This document shows positions 25,572 through 33,732 of a DNA stretch of 64,000 bases, one piece after another. The notes under the pieces are model-generated. The model searched no databases, was not told the origin of the DNA, and saw only the letters and a list, made by a program, of their open reading frames with translations. Made by a program: the position numbers and the translations under genes. This DNA is from Acidimicrobiales bacterium. Lineage in GTDB: Bacteria; Actinomycetota; Acidimicrobiia; Acidimicrobiales; JAVJTC01. The first letter of the stretch is position 1. Every line of letters begins with the position of its first letter. The DNA is taken from positions 16,199 to 80,198 of the forward strand of contig JAVJTC010000038.1 of NCBI GenBank assembly GCA_040219085.1. The letters run 5' to 3'.

Positions 25572-26822
25572 TCAGGACGCCGCGGCGACAGGGGTTTCCA
25601 TCCAAGCCGGGTCGACGGGGTGGCGGAACAGACGGCTGGCGTTGCCGTGTGTCATGAGGGCGATCTCCTCGTGGGTCGCGTCGCCCATCTGGCGGTGGAG
25701 GATCTCCTGGGTGTCGGGCCAGGTGCCGTCGCCGTGGGGATAGTCGGATTCGACCAGGATGTGGTCGACGCCGATGTAGTTGCGCAGTGCGAACCCGGCG
25801 GGGTCGTCGAGTGCGCAGAAATAGAAGTTGCGCTTGAGTACTTCGACGGGCTGGACGTCTTCGCCCACCCACGTGCCGAAGAACTCGTGGTACTTGAACG
25901 AGTGCTTCATCCGATCGATGAGGCCGGGCACCCAGGAGATCCCGCCCTCGGTGAGGACGATCTTGATCTCGGGGAACTTCAACGGGACCTTCGAGTAGAC
26001 CCAGTCCACCGCGGCGTGCCACGCGCTCATCGGGAAGAGCGCGGCGGCGACGTCGGGTGGGGCGTCGGGGGAGGTGACCGGTGTCGTCGAGGACGAACCG
26101 ACGTGAAGGCAGACCACCGTGTCGGTCTCCTCGCATGCCGCGAGTAGTGGATCCCAGTGACCCGAGTAGAGGCTCGGGTAGCCGAGCTTGTGTGGCGACT
26201 CGGTGAACGACAGCGCCTTGAAACCGCGTTCAGCGTTGCGGCGCACCTCTTCGGCGGAGACCTCGGGATCGTTGAACCACGTGATCTGGCAGGGAATCAT
26301 CCGGTCGGGGTAGGCGCCGCACCAGTCTTCGAGGTGCCAGTCGTTCCACGCGCGCATGGTCGCGAGGCCGAGTTCGTGATCCTCGAGCTCCGAGAAGCGT
26401 TGCCCCGCGAATCCGGCGAGCATCGACGGAAAACAGATCGACGCGTACACGCCGTTGATGTCCATGTCCCGGATCCGGGCATCGATCTGCCAACACCCGC
26501 GGCGCATGTCCTCGGTGCGTGTCGGCTCCACCGTGTATTCCGCCGGGGGTCGACCGGCGACGGCGTTGAGCCCGATGTTGGGAAGCTCCATCCCCTCCAT
26601 CTGCCAGACCTGGCGGCCGTCGGCCTGCTCGACCATCTTCGGTGCCCTGTCGGCGAACTTGGCAGGGAGGCGGCCCTCGAACATGTCGGGGGGTTCGACG
26701 AGGTGATCGTCCACCGAGATGATCGGGAAGTGGCGGGGTCGTGGGTCCGGCTCGGGTAGGAAGGTGACACTGTCGGTCCCCTCCGTCCGGAATGCGTCGG
26801 CGATGGATTTCTCTGCTGTCAC
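25572..26822 (-). CDS. Amidohydrolase_2 family protein (long paralogue)
   Basis: The GTG start overlaps the E2 catalytic ORF stop (GTGA). Has FPIISVDDHLVEPPDMF, ASICFPS and ILVESDYPHGDGTWPDT, all shared with the other long paralogues. Confidence 0.8.
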   Translation of the reverse strand: MTAEKSIADAFRTEGTDSVTFLPEPDPRPRHFPIISVDDHLVEPPDMFEGRLPAKFADRAPKMVEQADGRQVWQMEGMELPNIGLNAVAGRPPAEYTVEPTRTEDMRRGCWQIDARIRDMDINGVYASICFPSMLAGFAGQRFSELEDHELGLATMRAWNDWHLEDWCGAYPDRMIPCQITWFNDPEVSAEEVRRNAERGFKALSFTESPHKLGYPSLYSGHWDPLLAACEETDTVVCLHVGSSSTTPVTSPDAPPDVAAALFPMSAWHAAVDWVYSKVPLKFPEIKIVLTEGGISWVPGLIDRMKHSFKYHEFFGTWVGEDVQPVEVLKRNFYFCALDDPAGFALRNYIGVDHILVESDYPHGDGTWPDTQEILHRQMGDATHEEIALMTHGNASRLFRHPVDPAWMETPVAAAS

Positions 26823-27541
26823 TGGTCCTTCTCCTTACCATCATGTGCGGTCCCGACGCCTTCGGCGTCGAGGGACTCGATGCGGTCTCTCGAGGCGACG
26901 AGCATTCCTGCGAGTGACATGCCGTCGACCCAGCGGTGATCGAGGGTCCCCGTGAGGACCGTGGTCTCTCGGATTGCGAGTTCCCCGTCGACGACGACGG
27001 GCCGAGGCTTCACTGACGAGAAGCCGCAGATCGCGAGTTCCCCGGGGCGCATGAGCGGCAGGCCCCCGTCGATGCCGAGCCCGCCGATGCTCGTCACCGC
27101 GAGGCTGCCGACTCGGCGGTCGTCGGTATCGAGCTTGCCGTCGCGGGCACGCTGCACGGTTTCTCGAAGTGCTGCCGCCGTCGTCGACAGGTCGGGTTGG
27201 TCGCTGAACCAGATCGTCGGGACGACGAGACCCCTATCCGTGGCGACGGCCATGGCCACGCCGAGACGGTCTCGGCGGCGCCGCTTCAGCGTCGCCAGGT
27301 CGTACTCGTACCAGAGGGCGTCGACATCCCAGGCCGAGGCGGCGGCGGCCCACAGGAAGACACTGCCCAGCGTGAGTTCGGTCTCGTCGCCGGCGAGCAG
27401 TCGCCGGGCACCGCTGACGTCCACGTCGATCCACTGCGCGGCGATCGGCGTGTCGGCGGCCGCGCCCATGACCTTGGCCATGTGCGCGGCGGCCGGCCGA
27501 AGTCGCGACCAGTCGTCGCCGGTCTCGGCGGGGTCGCTCAC
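26819..27541 (-). CDS. 2-oxoacid dehydrogenase E2 acyltransferase, catalytic domain only
   Basis: TLDHRWVDGMSLAGML (DHRxxDG active-site motif) and the SLAVTSIGGLG region. GTG at 27541 overlaps the lipoyl-ORF stop (GTGA). No subunit-binding domain is present. Confidence 0.75.
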   Translation of the reverse strand: MSDPAETGDDWSRLRPAAAHMAKVMGAAADTPIAAQWIDVDVSGARRLLAGDETELTLGSVFLWAAAASAWDVDALWYEYDLATLKRRRRDRLGVAMAVATDRGLVVPTIWFSDQPDLSTTAAALRETVQRARDGKLDTDDRRVGSLAVTSIGGLGIDGGLPLMRPGELAICGFSSVKPRPVVVDGELAIRETTVLTGTLDHRWVDGMSLAGMLVASRDRIESLDAEGVGTAHDGKEKDQ

Positions 27542-27792
27542 GAGGTCACCGTGAGGCTGACGAGGTCCTCGCCCACCTCGACCCACTGGTCGACCTCGAC
27601 GTGGACCTCCGAGACGGTTCCGGCCCACTTGGAGGTGACATCGGCGACTGACTTCTCGGTCTCGACGACCATGACCGGCTGCAACATGTCGACCGTGTCT
27701 CCCGGCGAGACGAGTAGCTCGACGACGACGGCTTCGGTGAGGCCCTCGCCGAGATCGGGGAGCTTGACGGTCTTCGTGTCGTCACTTGGCAT
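27538..27792 (-). CDS. Stand-alone lipoyl-attachment domain protein (E2 N-terminal module)
   Basis: 84 aa. LPDLGEGLTEAVVVELLVSPGDTVDMLQPVMVVETEKSVADVTSKWAGTV carries the lipoyl-Lys context E-T-E-K-S. Confidence 0.8.
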   Translation of the reverse strand: MPSDDTKTVKLPDLGEGLTEAVVVELLVSPGDTVDMLQPVMVVETEKSVADVTSKWAGTVSEVHVEVDQWVEVGEDLVSLTVTS

Positions 27793-28780
27793 CGATCTGT
27801 CTCCTCACGGCGTCGCAGACGGCGTCGGTGGATGGGAAGTAGGCCGCTTCGCGGATCGGCGGAGGCGGCGGGTGGTTGGGCGACGAAACCACGGCGGGCG
27901 GCGCCTTCAGGTCGGCGAACGCGTGCTCCGCGATCTGGGAAACGACCTCCGACGCGATCGAACAGCGCCGGACTGCTTCGCTGATCACGGTCACCCGTCC
28001 GGTGGACGCGACGAGGTCGAAGATGCGCTCGGTGTCGAGCGGGGCGAGCGAGACGAGGTCGACGACCTGGCACGAGATGCCGTCCTCGGCGAGTTGGTCC
28101 GCGGCCTCGGTGGCCAGCGAGACCGTGGGCCCGTAGGCGACCAGCGTGACGTCTGTGCCGTCGCGCACGACAGCGCACCGACGGTGGTCGACGTCGGTGA
28201 CGACGGCGTCGGTTTCGATGCGCCGGCGCCGGTACTCGCGCTTGGGTTCCAGGAAGATGGCCGGCTCGCGGGCCTCGACGACGCTGCGGAGCAGTCCGCT
28301 GACGGTCTCGGCCCGGGACGCGGCCACGACGGCCAGGTCCGGGCTGTGCGCGAACAGGGCTTCGGGGCTCTCGGAATGGAATTCGGCGGCGTGGATCCGC
28401 CCCCCGAAGGGCACCCGCACAGTGACCGGCAGGGTGCCCTGGCCGTCCAGACGGGCGGGCATCTTCGCGAGGTGACCGATGATCTGGTTCAGGGCGGGGA
28501 GAACGAAGCCGTCGAACTGGATCTCGACGATGGGGTGGGCGCCGGCGAGGGCGCGGCCGATGGCGACTCCGACCAGACCGGCTTCCGAGAGCGGCGAGTC
28601 GATGACGCGGTCGGCGCCGTAGCGGTCCAGGAGACCGGCCGTGATCCGGAACACGCCACCGACGCGGCCGATGTCCTCGCCCATCAACACGACGCGCTCG
28701 TCCTCTTCGAGCAGATCCGCGAGCGTCGCCTTGATCCCATCGGCGAGGGTGAGGCCCGGTCGCCTGGTTCGGCTACTCAT
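27782..28780 (-). CDS. TPP-dependent 2-oxoacid dehydrogenase E1 beta subunit
   Basis: ATG at 28780 gives MSSRTRRPGLTLADGIKATLADLLEEDERVVLMGEDIG, typical of the E1-beta/transketolase-like pyrimidine-binding module. Overlaps E1 alpha by 8 nt. Confidence 0.85.
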   Translation of the reverse strand: MSSRTRRPGLTLADGIKATLADLLEEDERVVLMGEDIGRVGGVFRITAGLLDRYGADRVIDSPLSEAGLVGVAIGRALAGAHPIVEIQFDGFVLPALNQIIGHLAKMPARLDGQGTLPVTVRVPFGGRIHAAEFHSESPEALFAHSPDLAVVAASRAETVSGLLRSVVEAREPAIFLEPKREYRRRRIETDAVVTDVDHRRCAVVRDGTDVTLVAYGPTVSLATEAADQLAEDGISCQVVDLVSLAPLDTERIFDLVASTGRVTVISEAVRRCSIASEVVSQIAEHAFADLKAPPAVVSSPNHPPPPPIREAAYFPSTDAVCDAVRRQIDAK

Positions 28781-29684
28781 CACCGACCTCCTGTAGGTAC
28801 TCGGCGGCGGCGACGCGCAACTCGGCTTCGACCGAATTCTCGATCTCGTCGACCTCGTCGTCGGCGAGCCCGACGTCGGTGACGAGGCGGCGTCGTTCGG
28901 CGACGACGGGGTCACGGAGCCGGCGCCCCTCGACGGTGGCCTCGGAGCGGTACAGACCCGGGTCGTCAGACGTCGTGTGTGGTCCCAGTCGGTACGTCTC
29001 GAGCTCCAACAGCGTGGGACCGAACCCTGCCCGGGCCCGCGCGATCGCCCCGGAGACCGCTGTCTGCACGGCGCTCACGTCGTTGCCGTCGACGCGTTGG
29101 CCGGCGAACCCGTAGCCGAGGGCCCGCACATACAGCGACGACGCTGCGGTCTGGCGGGCCGTTGGCAGGGAGATCGCCCAGCCGTTGTTCTCACAGACGA
29201 ACACTGTCGGGGCACTGAAGACGCCGGCCATGTTCATGGCCTCGTGGACCTCGCCCTGCGACGAGGCTCCGTCGCCGAAGAAGACGACCGAGACGGTTTC
29301 AGCGCCGCGATGACGCTGTTCGATCGCCCAGCCGACGGCGTGGGCGAGTTGGCTGCCGACGGGGATCGTGTAGGTGAAGAATCGACGCTGTCGCCAGTCC
29401 CACGGTGTGTAGGAGTAGCGGCCGTGGAACCGCCACAGCTCCTGGGGGGTGACGCCCATGACGAGCCCCGCTCCGGGCTGCCGATAGGACGGGAACAACA
29501 TGTCCTCGGGTCCGAGTTGAGAAGCGACACCGACGTGGGACGCTTCCTGGCCCCGCGCTGGCGCGTAACCGGCGACGGCGCCCTGGCGTTGCAGCGCGAT
29601 GGTGACGTCGTCGAATTCCCGTGCCGTATACATGGCACGGTAGGTGTCGACGGCCGACGTCGAGGTGGCAACGTCGGAGCTCAC
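28773..29684 (-). CDS. TPP-dependent 2-oxoacid dehydrogenase E1 alpha subunit
   Basis: VVFFGDGASSQGEVHEAMNMAGVFSAPTVFVCENNGWAIS is the TPP-binding GDG...NN motif region. Confidence 0.85.
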   Translation of the reverse strand: MSSDVATSTSAVDTYRAMYTAREFDDVTIALQRQGAVAGYAPARGQEASHVGVASQLGPEDMLFPSYRQPGAGLVMGVTPQELWRFHGRYSYTPWDWRQRRFFTYTIPVGSQLAHAVGWAIEQRHRGAETVSVVFFGDGASSQGEVHEAMNMAGVFSAPTVFVCENNGWAISLPTARQTAASSLYVRALGYGFAGQRVDGNDVSAVQTAVSGAIARARAGFGPTLLELETYRLGPHTTSDDPGLYRSEATVEGRRLRDPVVAERRRLVTDVGLADDEVDEIENSVEAELRVAAAEYLQEVGDE

Positions 29685-30646
29685 GACACTGACGCCGATC
29701 CGGGGGCGAGAAACCGGTTCGCGATCCGTCCGATCCCGCTGATCCAGATCTCGACCGTGCTGCCGAAGTCCGGGTAGCGGCCCTGCTCGAGTCCGCAGCC
29801 CGTCGGGAACGTGCCGAGCCCGACGACATCTCCAGGGCGGACGTACTGGCTCTCCGAGAGGTGACAGAGGATGTGAGCGGGACTCCAGGCGATCTCGCCG
29901 GCCGGGCCCGACGCCCAGACGTCGTCGTCCACGCGGACCTCGAAGGTGAGCGCCGAGAGGTCGAGGTCGGGGTCGATGAGGATGGCGGGGCCCAGGACAT
30001 TGCCGGTCTCGAAATCCTTGCCCTTGCCGGGCCCGATCCCGGACTTCATCTCCTCCATCTGCCGGGTGCGCGCAGAGACGTCGTTGAACACGACCCAGCC
30101 GCCGATCGCGTGCTTCGCCGCTTCCTCGTCGAGGTCCCTCGCCTCTGCCCCGACGACGATCGCCAGCTCGGCCTCGAAGTCGAGCGTGTCGGCGTAGGTG
30201 GGGGCGATGACGTCGTCGGTGGGGCCGATGCAGGTGTGCGGGTCGCCCCGGTAGTAGGCGGGAAGACTCGACAGGTCGTCCTCGGTCTTGTCCATGCCGA
30301 TCGCCTTCATGCCGTCGAGGACGTGGGCGCGGTAGGCGGGAACGTCCCGCAGCGACGTCGGCTCGAGGGGTAACTCCAGGCGGACTTCGGCGCGGGGGAT
30401 CATGGCATCGGGAGCGTCGGACCCGCCGACCACCCGCTCCTCGATCGTGCGGAGTCCGTCCAGCAGGTCGTTTCGCCGGACGACGGCCTCCAGCGGGGAT
30501 GCCGGCGCGGACGTCGCAGCGTCGAACCCGACGGCCCAGGCCGCAGCGAGATCGACGACGATTCCGTCGTCGTCGCCGGAGAGGATCCCGACGCGGATTC
30601 CGGCGTCGTCCGGACGGCTGTAGCGGCAGATTCGAACGCCTGTCAT
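29681..30646 (-). CDS. Fumarylacetoacetate hydrolase (FAH) family protein
   Basis: The C-terminal FAH fold has FEAELAIVVG, GWVVFNDVSAR and GKGKDFETG. The ATGA overlap links it to the upstream gene. Confidence 0.8.
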   Translation of the reverse strand: MTGVRICRYSRPDDAGIRVGILSGDDDGIVVDLAAAWAVGFDAATSAPASPLEAVVRRNDLLDGLRTIEERVVGGSDAPDAMIPRAEVRLELPLEPTSLRDVPAYRAHVLDGMKAIGMDKTEDDLSSLPAYYRGDPHTCIGPTDDVIAPTYADTLDFEAELAIVVGAEARDLDEEAAKHAIGGWVVFNDVSARTRQMEEMKSGIGPGKGKDFETGNVLGPAILIDPDLDLSALTFEVRVDDDVWASGPAGEIAWSPAHILCHLSESQYVRPGDVVGLGTFPTGCGLEQGRYPDFGSTVEIWISGIGRIANRFLAPGSASVS

Positions 30647-31413
30647 GCGTGGTCCCCCGTGAGATTCGTAGCGATCGAGATCGGAAGGTCGAGGTGGCCG
30701 AGGACCGGGTGGGTCAAGCGGGCGGCGGTGGCCGTGTCACCCAGTCGGATGGGCGTTTCGGTTCCGAGCTGCACGAAGGGCGTGGCCGTCGCGGGCGGCG
30801 GGAGCGTTCCCGCCATGATTGCGTCCTTGACGAGCGCCAGGTACTCGGCGGCGGTGTCCGGGTGGGGTGCGGGCATCGGGTGTTCTTCCTGTGTGTCCCG
30901 GCCCGTGACGACGAGTACCCCGTCGCTGTCCGTGGTGTCGACGTCGACGGGTGGGCCGACCATCACATCGCCGAGGAGGCATGCATCGGCGACCAGTTGG
31001 CCTGCGGACAGCGTCCCCCAGTCGTCGGTGATCCGTGAGCGCGGTAAGTCCAATGAGAGATGCCAGGTTCGGATCAGCGCCGGGGTGGAGGGTTCGTCGA
31101 TGCGGAAGTCGACGGTGACCGCGAACTCCGCCTCGACGATCCGGGGTGCGACGGCGGGGGTCGCGTCCGGTGCGGTCAGGGCCTTCTCCACGACGACACC
31201 GACGACCGGTCCGTCGATCCCGAGCCTCCCACGGGCACGTTCGCTGCTCGCGACGATGCGATATCCGACCACCGGCGAGTCGAGGGCACCGATCACGGCC
31301 GCCTGTATGGCGAAGCCGTCCGCGAGCGAGAGTTCTGGAACGACGACGGATGCAGTCTCGTCAGCCCATGCCGCAGCGAGTGCGCGTCCAACGGCGTCGA
31401 GATCCGGCCTCAT
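30643..31413 (-). CDS. 2-keto-4-pentenoate hydratase-like (MhpD/HpcG-type) FAH-superfamily protein
   Basis: LSLADGFAIQAAVIGALDSPVVGYRIV resembles the hydratase/decarboxylase family N-terminus. The start is uncertain: ATG at 31413, 31458 or 31464. Confidence 0.6.
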   Translation of the reverse strand: MRPDLDAVGRALAAAWADETASVVVPELSLADGFAIQAAVIGALDSPVVGYRIVASSERARGRLGIDGPVVGVVVEKALTAPDATPAVAPRIVEAEFAVTVDFRIDEPSTPALIRTWHLSLDLPRSRITDDWGTLSAGQLVADACLLGDVMVGPPVDVDTTDSDGVLVVTGRDTQEEHPMPAPHPDTAAEYLALVKDAIMAGTLPPPATATPFVQLGTETPIRLGDTATAARLTHPVLGHLDLPISIATNLTGDHA

Positions 31414-31573
31414 GTCGTCGCCCCCCCGGGCCTCCCCTGTGACACTGGTGAAAACCATATACATGGATTCGGGGAGGGGCAAGGGGGTCTCGCCGATCTG
31501 ACCCGATTGCGCCGCATGCCGTCCTCGTCTCTGATGCGTCGGGGTTTCCGTCGTCCCGTCGGAGCGAGCAGTG

Positions 31574-31613
31574 CGGCCCGCCTCGGATCGATCGAGTCGT
31601 CCGAGGCGGGCCG
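31574..31613 (-). terminator. Strong GC hairpin in the 270-nt spacer between the SDR genes and the hydratase operon (terminator or leader attenuator)
   Basis: The arms CGGCCCGCCTCGGA / TCCGAGGCGGGCCG form a 14-bp perfect stem. The 12-nt loop contains TCGATCGA. Confidence 0.55.
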
Positions 31614-31705
31614 TGGTCGCCGTGTCAGGGGGATGACCGTCGACGACCCGCTCGACGAGCGCTACTCGGTGAGTCACGCTACCGGTACCGGGTGACCCCG
31701 TCAAG

Positions 31706-31726
31706 ATCTTACGTAAGACGTAAGAT
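31706..31726. promoter_or_regulatory. Operator-like inverted repeat, site A: ATCTTACG-TAAGA-CGTAAGAT
   Basis: Perfect 8+5+8 AT-rich palindrome in GC-rich DNA. Related sites occur at 37876, 43442 and 52791. Confidence 0.6.
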
Positions 31727-31736
31727 TAGGACCACA

Positions 31737-32570
31737 TCAGACGCCGGCTGTCGCACCCATGTCGATCGGCAATGCGATCCCCGTCACGTACCGCGCCTCG
31801 TCGGAGGCGAGGAAGAGCACGGCGTTGGATATGTCGACCGACTCGACCCATGGAAGCGGCATGGCGTTGATGGACGCGAAGACCTCAGTGGCGTCTTCGA
31901 GAGTGGGGTTCTCCAGGTCGGGCCGCATCCGGCGGAACGTGGCCTCGTTGTTGATCATCGGCGTCAGCACGTTCGTCGGGTGGACGCTGTTCACCCTGAT
32001 CATCTCTGGCGCAAGCTCGACGGCTAGTGACTTCATGAGGCCGACGACTGCATGTTTCGTGGTCACGTAGTGCGAACAGCCCGGGTAGCCGCGGAGGCCG
32101 CCGACGGAACTGGTGATGACGATCGAACCGCCCTCGCCCTGCTTCCGGAGGATGGGGAGCGCTGCGGAGGCGGTGTTCCACACCCCATCGATGTTGATCT
32201 CCATCATCTCCGACCACTGTGTCGGCGTGATCTCGCCGGCTTCTCCGATGGCGGCGATCCCCGCGTTCGCCGAGACGATGTCGAGCCGTCCGAGTTGCGC
32301 TGCACCGTCTGCAGCGGCTTCGGCGAGTCCGTCGCGGTCCCGCACGTCGACCACGTGGGACACCATTCGACGACCCAGCTCGGTCACGAGCCGTTCGGTC
32401 TCTTCGAGGTCGGCGACGGTCGGTCCGGGATAGGTGATGGTCGGAATGTCGGCGCAGACGTCGACGCCGATGATGTCAGCGCCCTCCTGCGCGAGGCGGA
32501 TGGCGTGTGAGCGCCCCTGCCCCCGCGCTGCCCCTGTGATCAGAGCGACCTTTCCTTCGACCCGTCCCAT
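31737..32570 (-). CDS. SDR family oxidoreductase of the mycofactocin-associated (carveol dehydrogenase-like) subtype
   Basis: MGRVEGKVALITGAARGQGRSHAIRLAQEGADIIGVDVCADIPTITYPGPTVADLEETERLV shows the GAARGQGRSHA plus insertion signature of that subfamily. Catalytic YxxxK (HYVTTK). SD GAAGGGAG. Confidence 0.8.
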   Translation of the reverse strand: MGRVEGKVALITGAARGQGRSHAIRLAQEGADIIGVDVCADIPTITYPGPTVADLEETERLVTELGRRMVSHVVDVRDRDGLAEAAADGAAQLGRLDIVSANAGIAAIGEAGEITPTQWSEMMEINIDGVWNTASAALPILRKQGEGGSIVITSSVGGLRGYPGCSHYVTTKHAVVGLMKSLAVELAPEMIRVNSVHPTNVLTPMINNEATFRRMRPDLENPTLEDATEVFASINAMPLPWVESVDISNAVLFLASDEARYVTGIALPIDMGATAGV

Positions 32571-32740
32571 TCGAACACTCCCTTCGTGTGGCGCGTGAGC
32601 CGCGCAGCTCTCTATGCCGTGACTGGGCGGTTGCGACGAGGTTCCTCGACCAGCCCGCTTGCGACCTCGGGTCGTGCACGCTACTCGCTGCGGTCGAGCG
32701 GGGTTGAGGAGGGGCTGGCGAGCGTTCTGGGTGGGAGCGG

Positions 32741-33514
32741 TCAGCCCGCGGCGCCGCCCCCGTCGACGAGATGTGCGCTGCCCGTCATGTAGGACGCCTC
32801 GTCCGAGCACAGGAAAGCGACGAGGGCAGCGATCTCCTCCACGTCCGCGTAACGGCCCAGCGGCACGATCTCGTTGACCATTTCCCTGAATGTGTTCGGC
32901 TCGTCGGGTCTCATGCCGGCCTCGATCCTGTCCATCATCTTGGTGTTGACGCACCCGGGGCATACGGCATTGACGCGGATTCCTGCAGGTGCGAGCTCGA
33001 GTGCCGCCGTCTTGGTCATGCCGATCACGGCGTGCTTGCTTGCGCAGTAGGCGATCATCGACGGTGCGGCCTGGACGCCTGCGCCTGAGGCCGTGTTGAG
33101 GATCGCGCCACCGCCCCGTGAGCTCATCGGGCCTGCCACGTGTCGCATGCCGAGCCAGACCCCCTTCACGTTGACGTCGAGGACGTCGTCGAAGGTCTCC
33201 TCGGGGTAGTTCTCGAGGCTGGCGATCACGCCCTCGATCCCCGCGTTGTTGAAGAGCACGTCGACCCCGCCGAACGTCCGGACGGCCGCATCGACATAGT
33301 TTGCGACGTCGCTGGACTTCGTCACGTCGGCCGTCACGGCCACAGCGGCGCCGCCTGCGGTCTCGATGTGAGCCGCCGTTTCCTCTGCGCCCGCGCCGCT
33401 CGAGTCGACGGCGACGACCGAGGCACCTTCCTCTGCGAAACGAAGGCAGGCTGCCCTCCCGATTCCGCCTGCAGCCCCGGTCACGATGACGACCTTGTCC
33501 TCGAATCTGTTCAA
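32741..33514 (-). CDS. SDR family oxidoreductase (classical)
   Basis: TTG at 33514 follows GAGGAG and gives MNRFEDKVVIVTGAAGGIGRA. Has NNAG and YCASKHAV. Confidence 0.8.
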   Translation of the reverse strand: MNRFEDKVVIVTGAAGGIGRAACLRFAEEGASVVAVDSSGAGAEETAAHIETAGGAAVAVTADVTKSSDVANYVDAAVRTFGGVDVLFNNAGIEGVIASLENYPEETFDDVLDVNVKGVWLGMRHVAGPMSSRGGGAILNTASGAGVQAAPSMIAYCASKHAVIGMTKTAALELAPAGIRVNAVCPGCVNTKMMDRIEAGMRPDEPNTFREMVNEIVPLGRYADVEEIAALVAFLCSDEASYMTGSAHLVDGGGAAG

Positions 33515-33732
33515 CTCACGACTCCTCGCTCGAATTGGCTGCCGCCCGACGCTGGGCGTCAGACTCCACCGGGAGTTCATCATCCAAAGTCGTCCCGGTC
33601 GCGCACCCACCGGTGCGGAGCCGATCACCCCGCTCGGTGGTGACACCGATCGGATGGCCACCAGTCACTTCTGAAGCCCTGGCCCGTCGAGCCCTACTGT
33701 CTGGGGGGCAGTTGTCGATCGGAAGGCGCCCA

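Noticed and set aside
26819-27792. Calling the split E2 a pseudogene outright
   Set aside because: Both parts are intact and joined by the same GTGA coupling used throughout the operon, and the catalytic motif is preserved. An indel cannot be excluded without reads, so it is reported as a finding rather than as a pseudogene.
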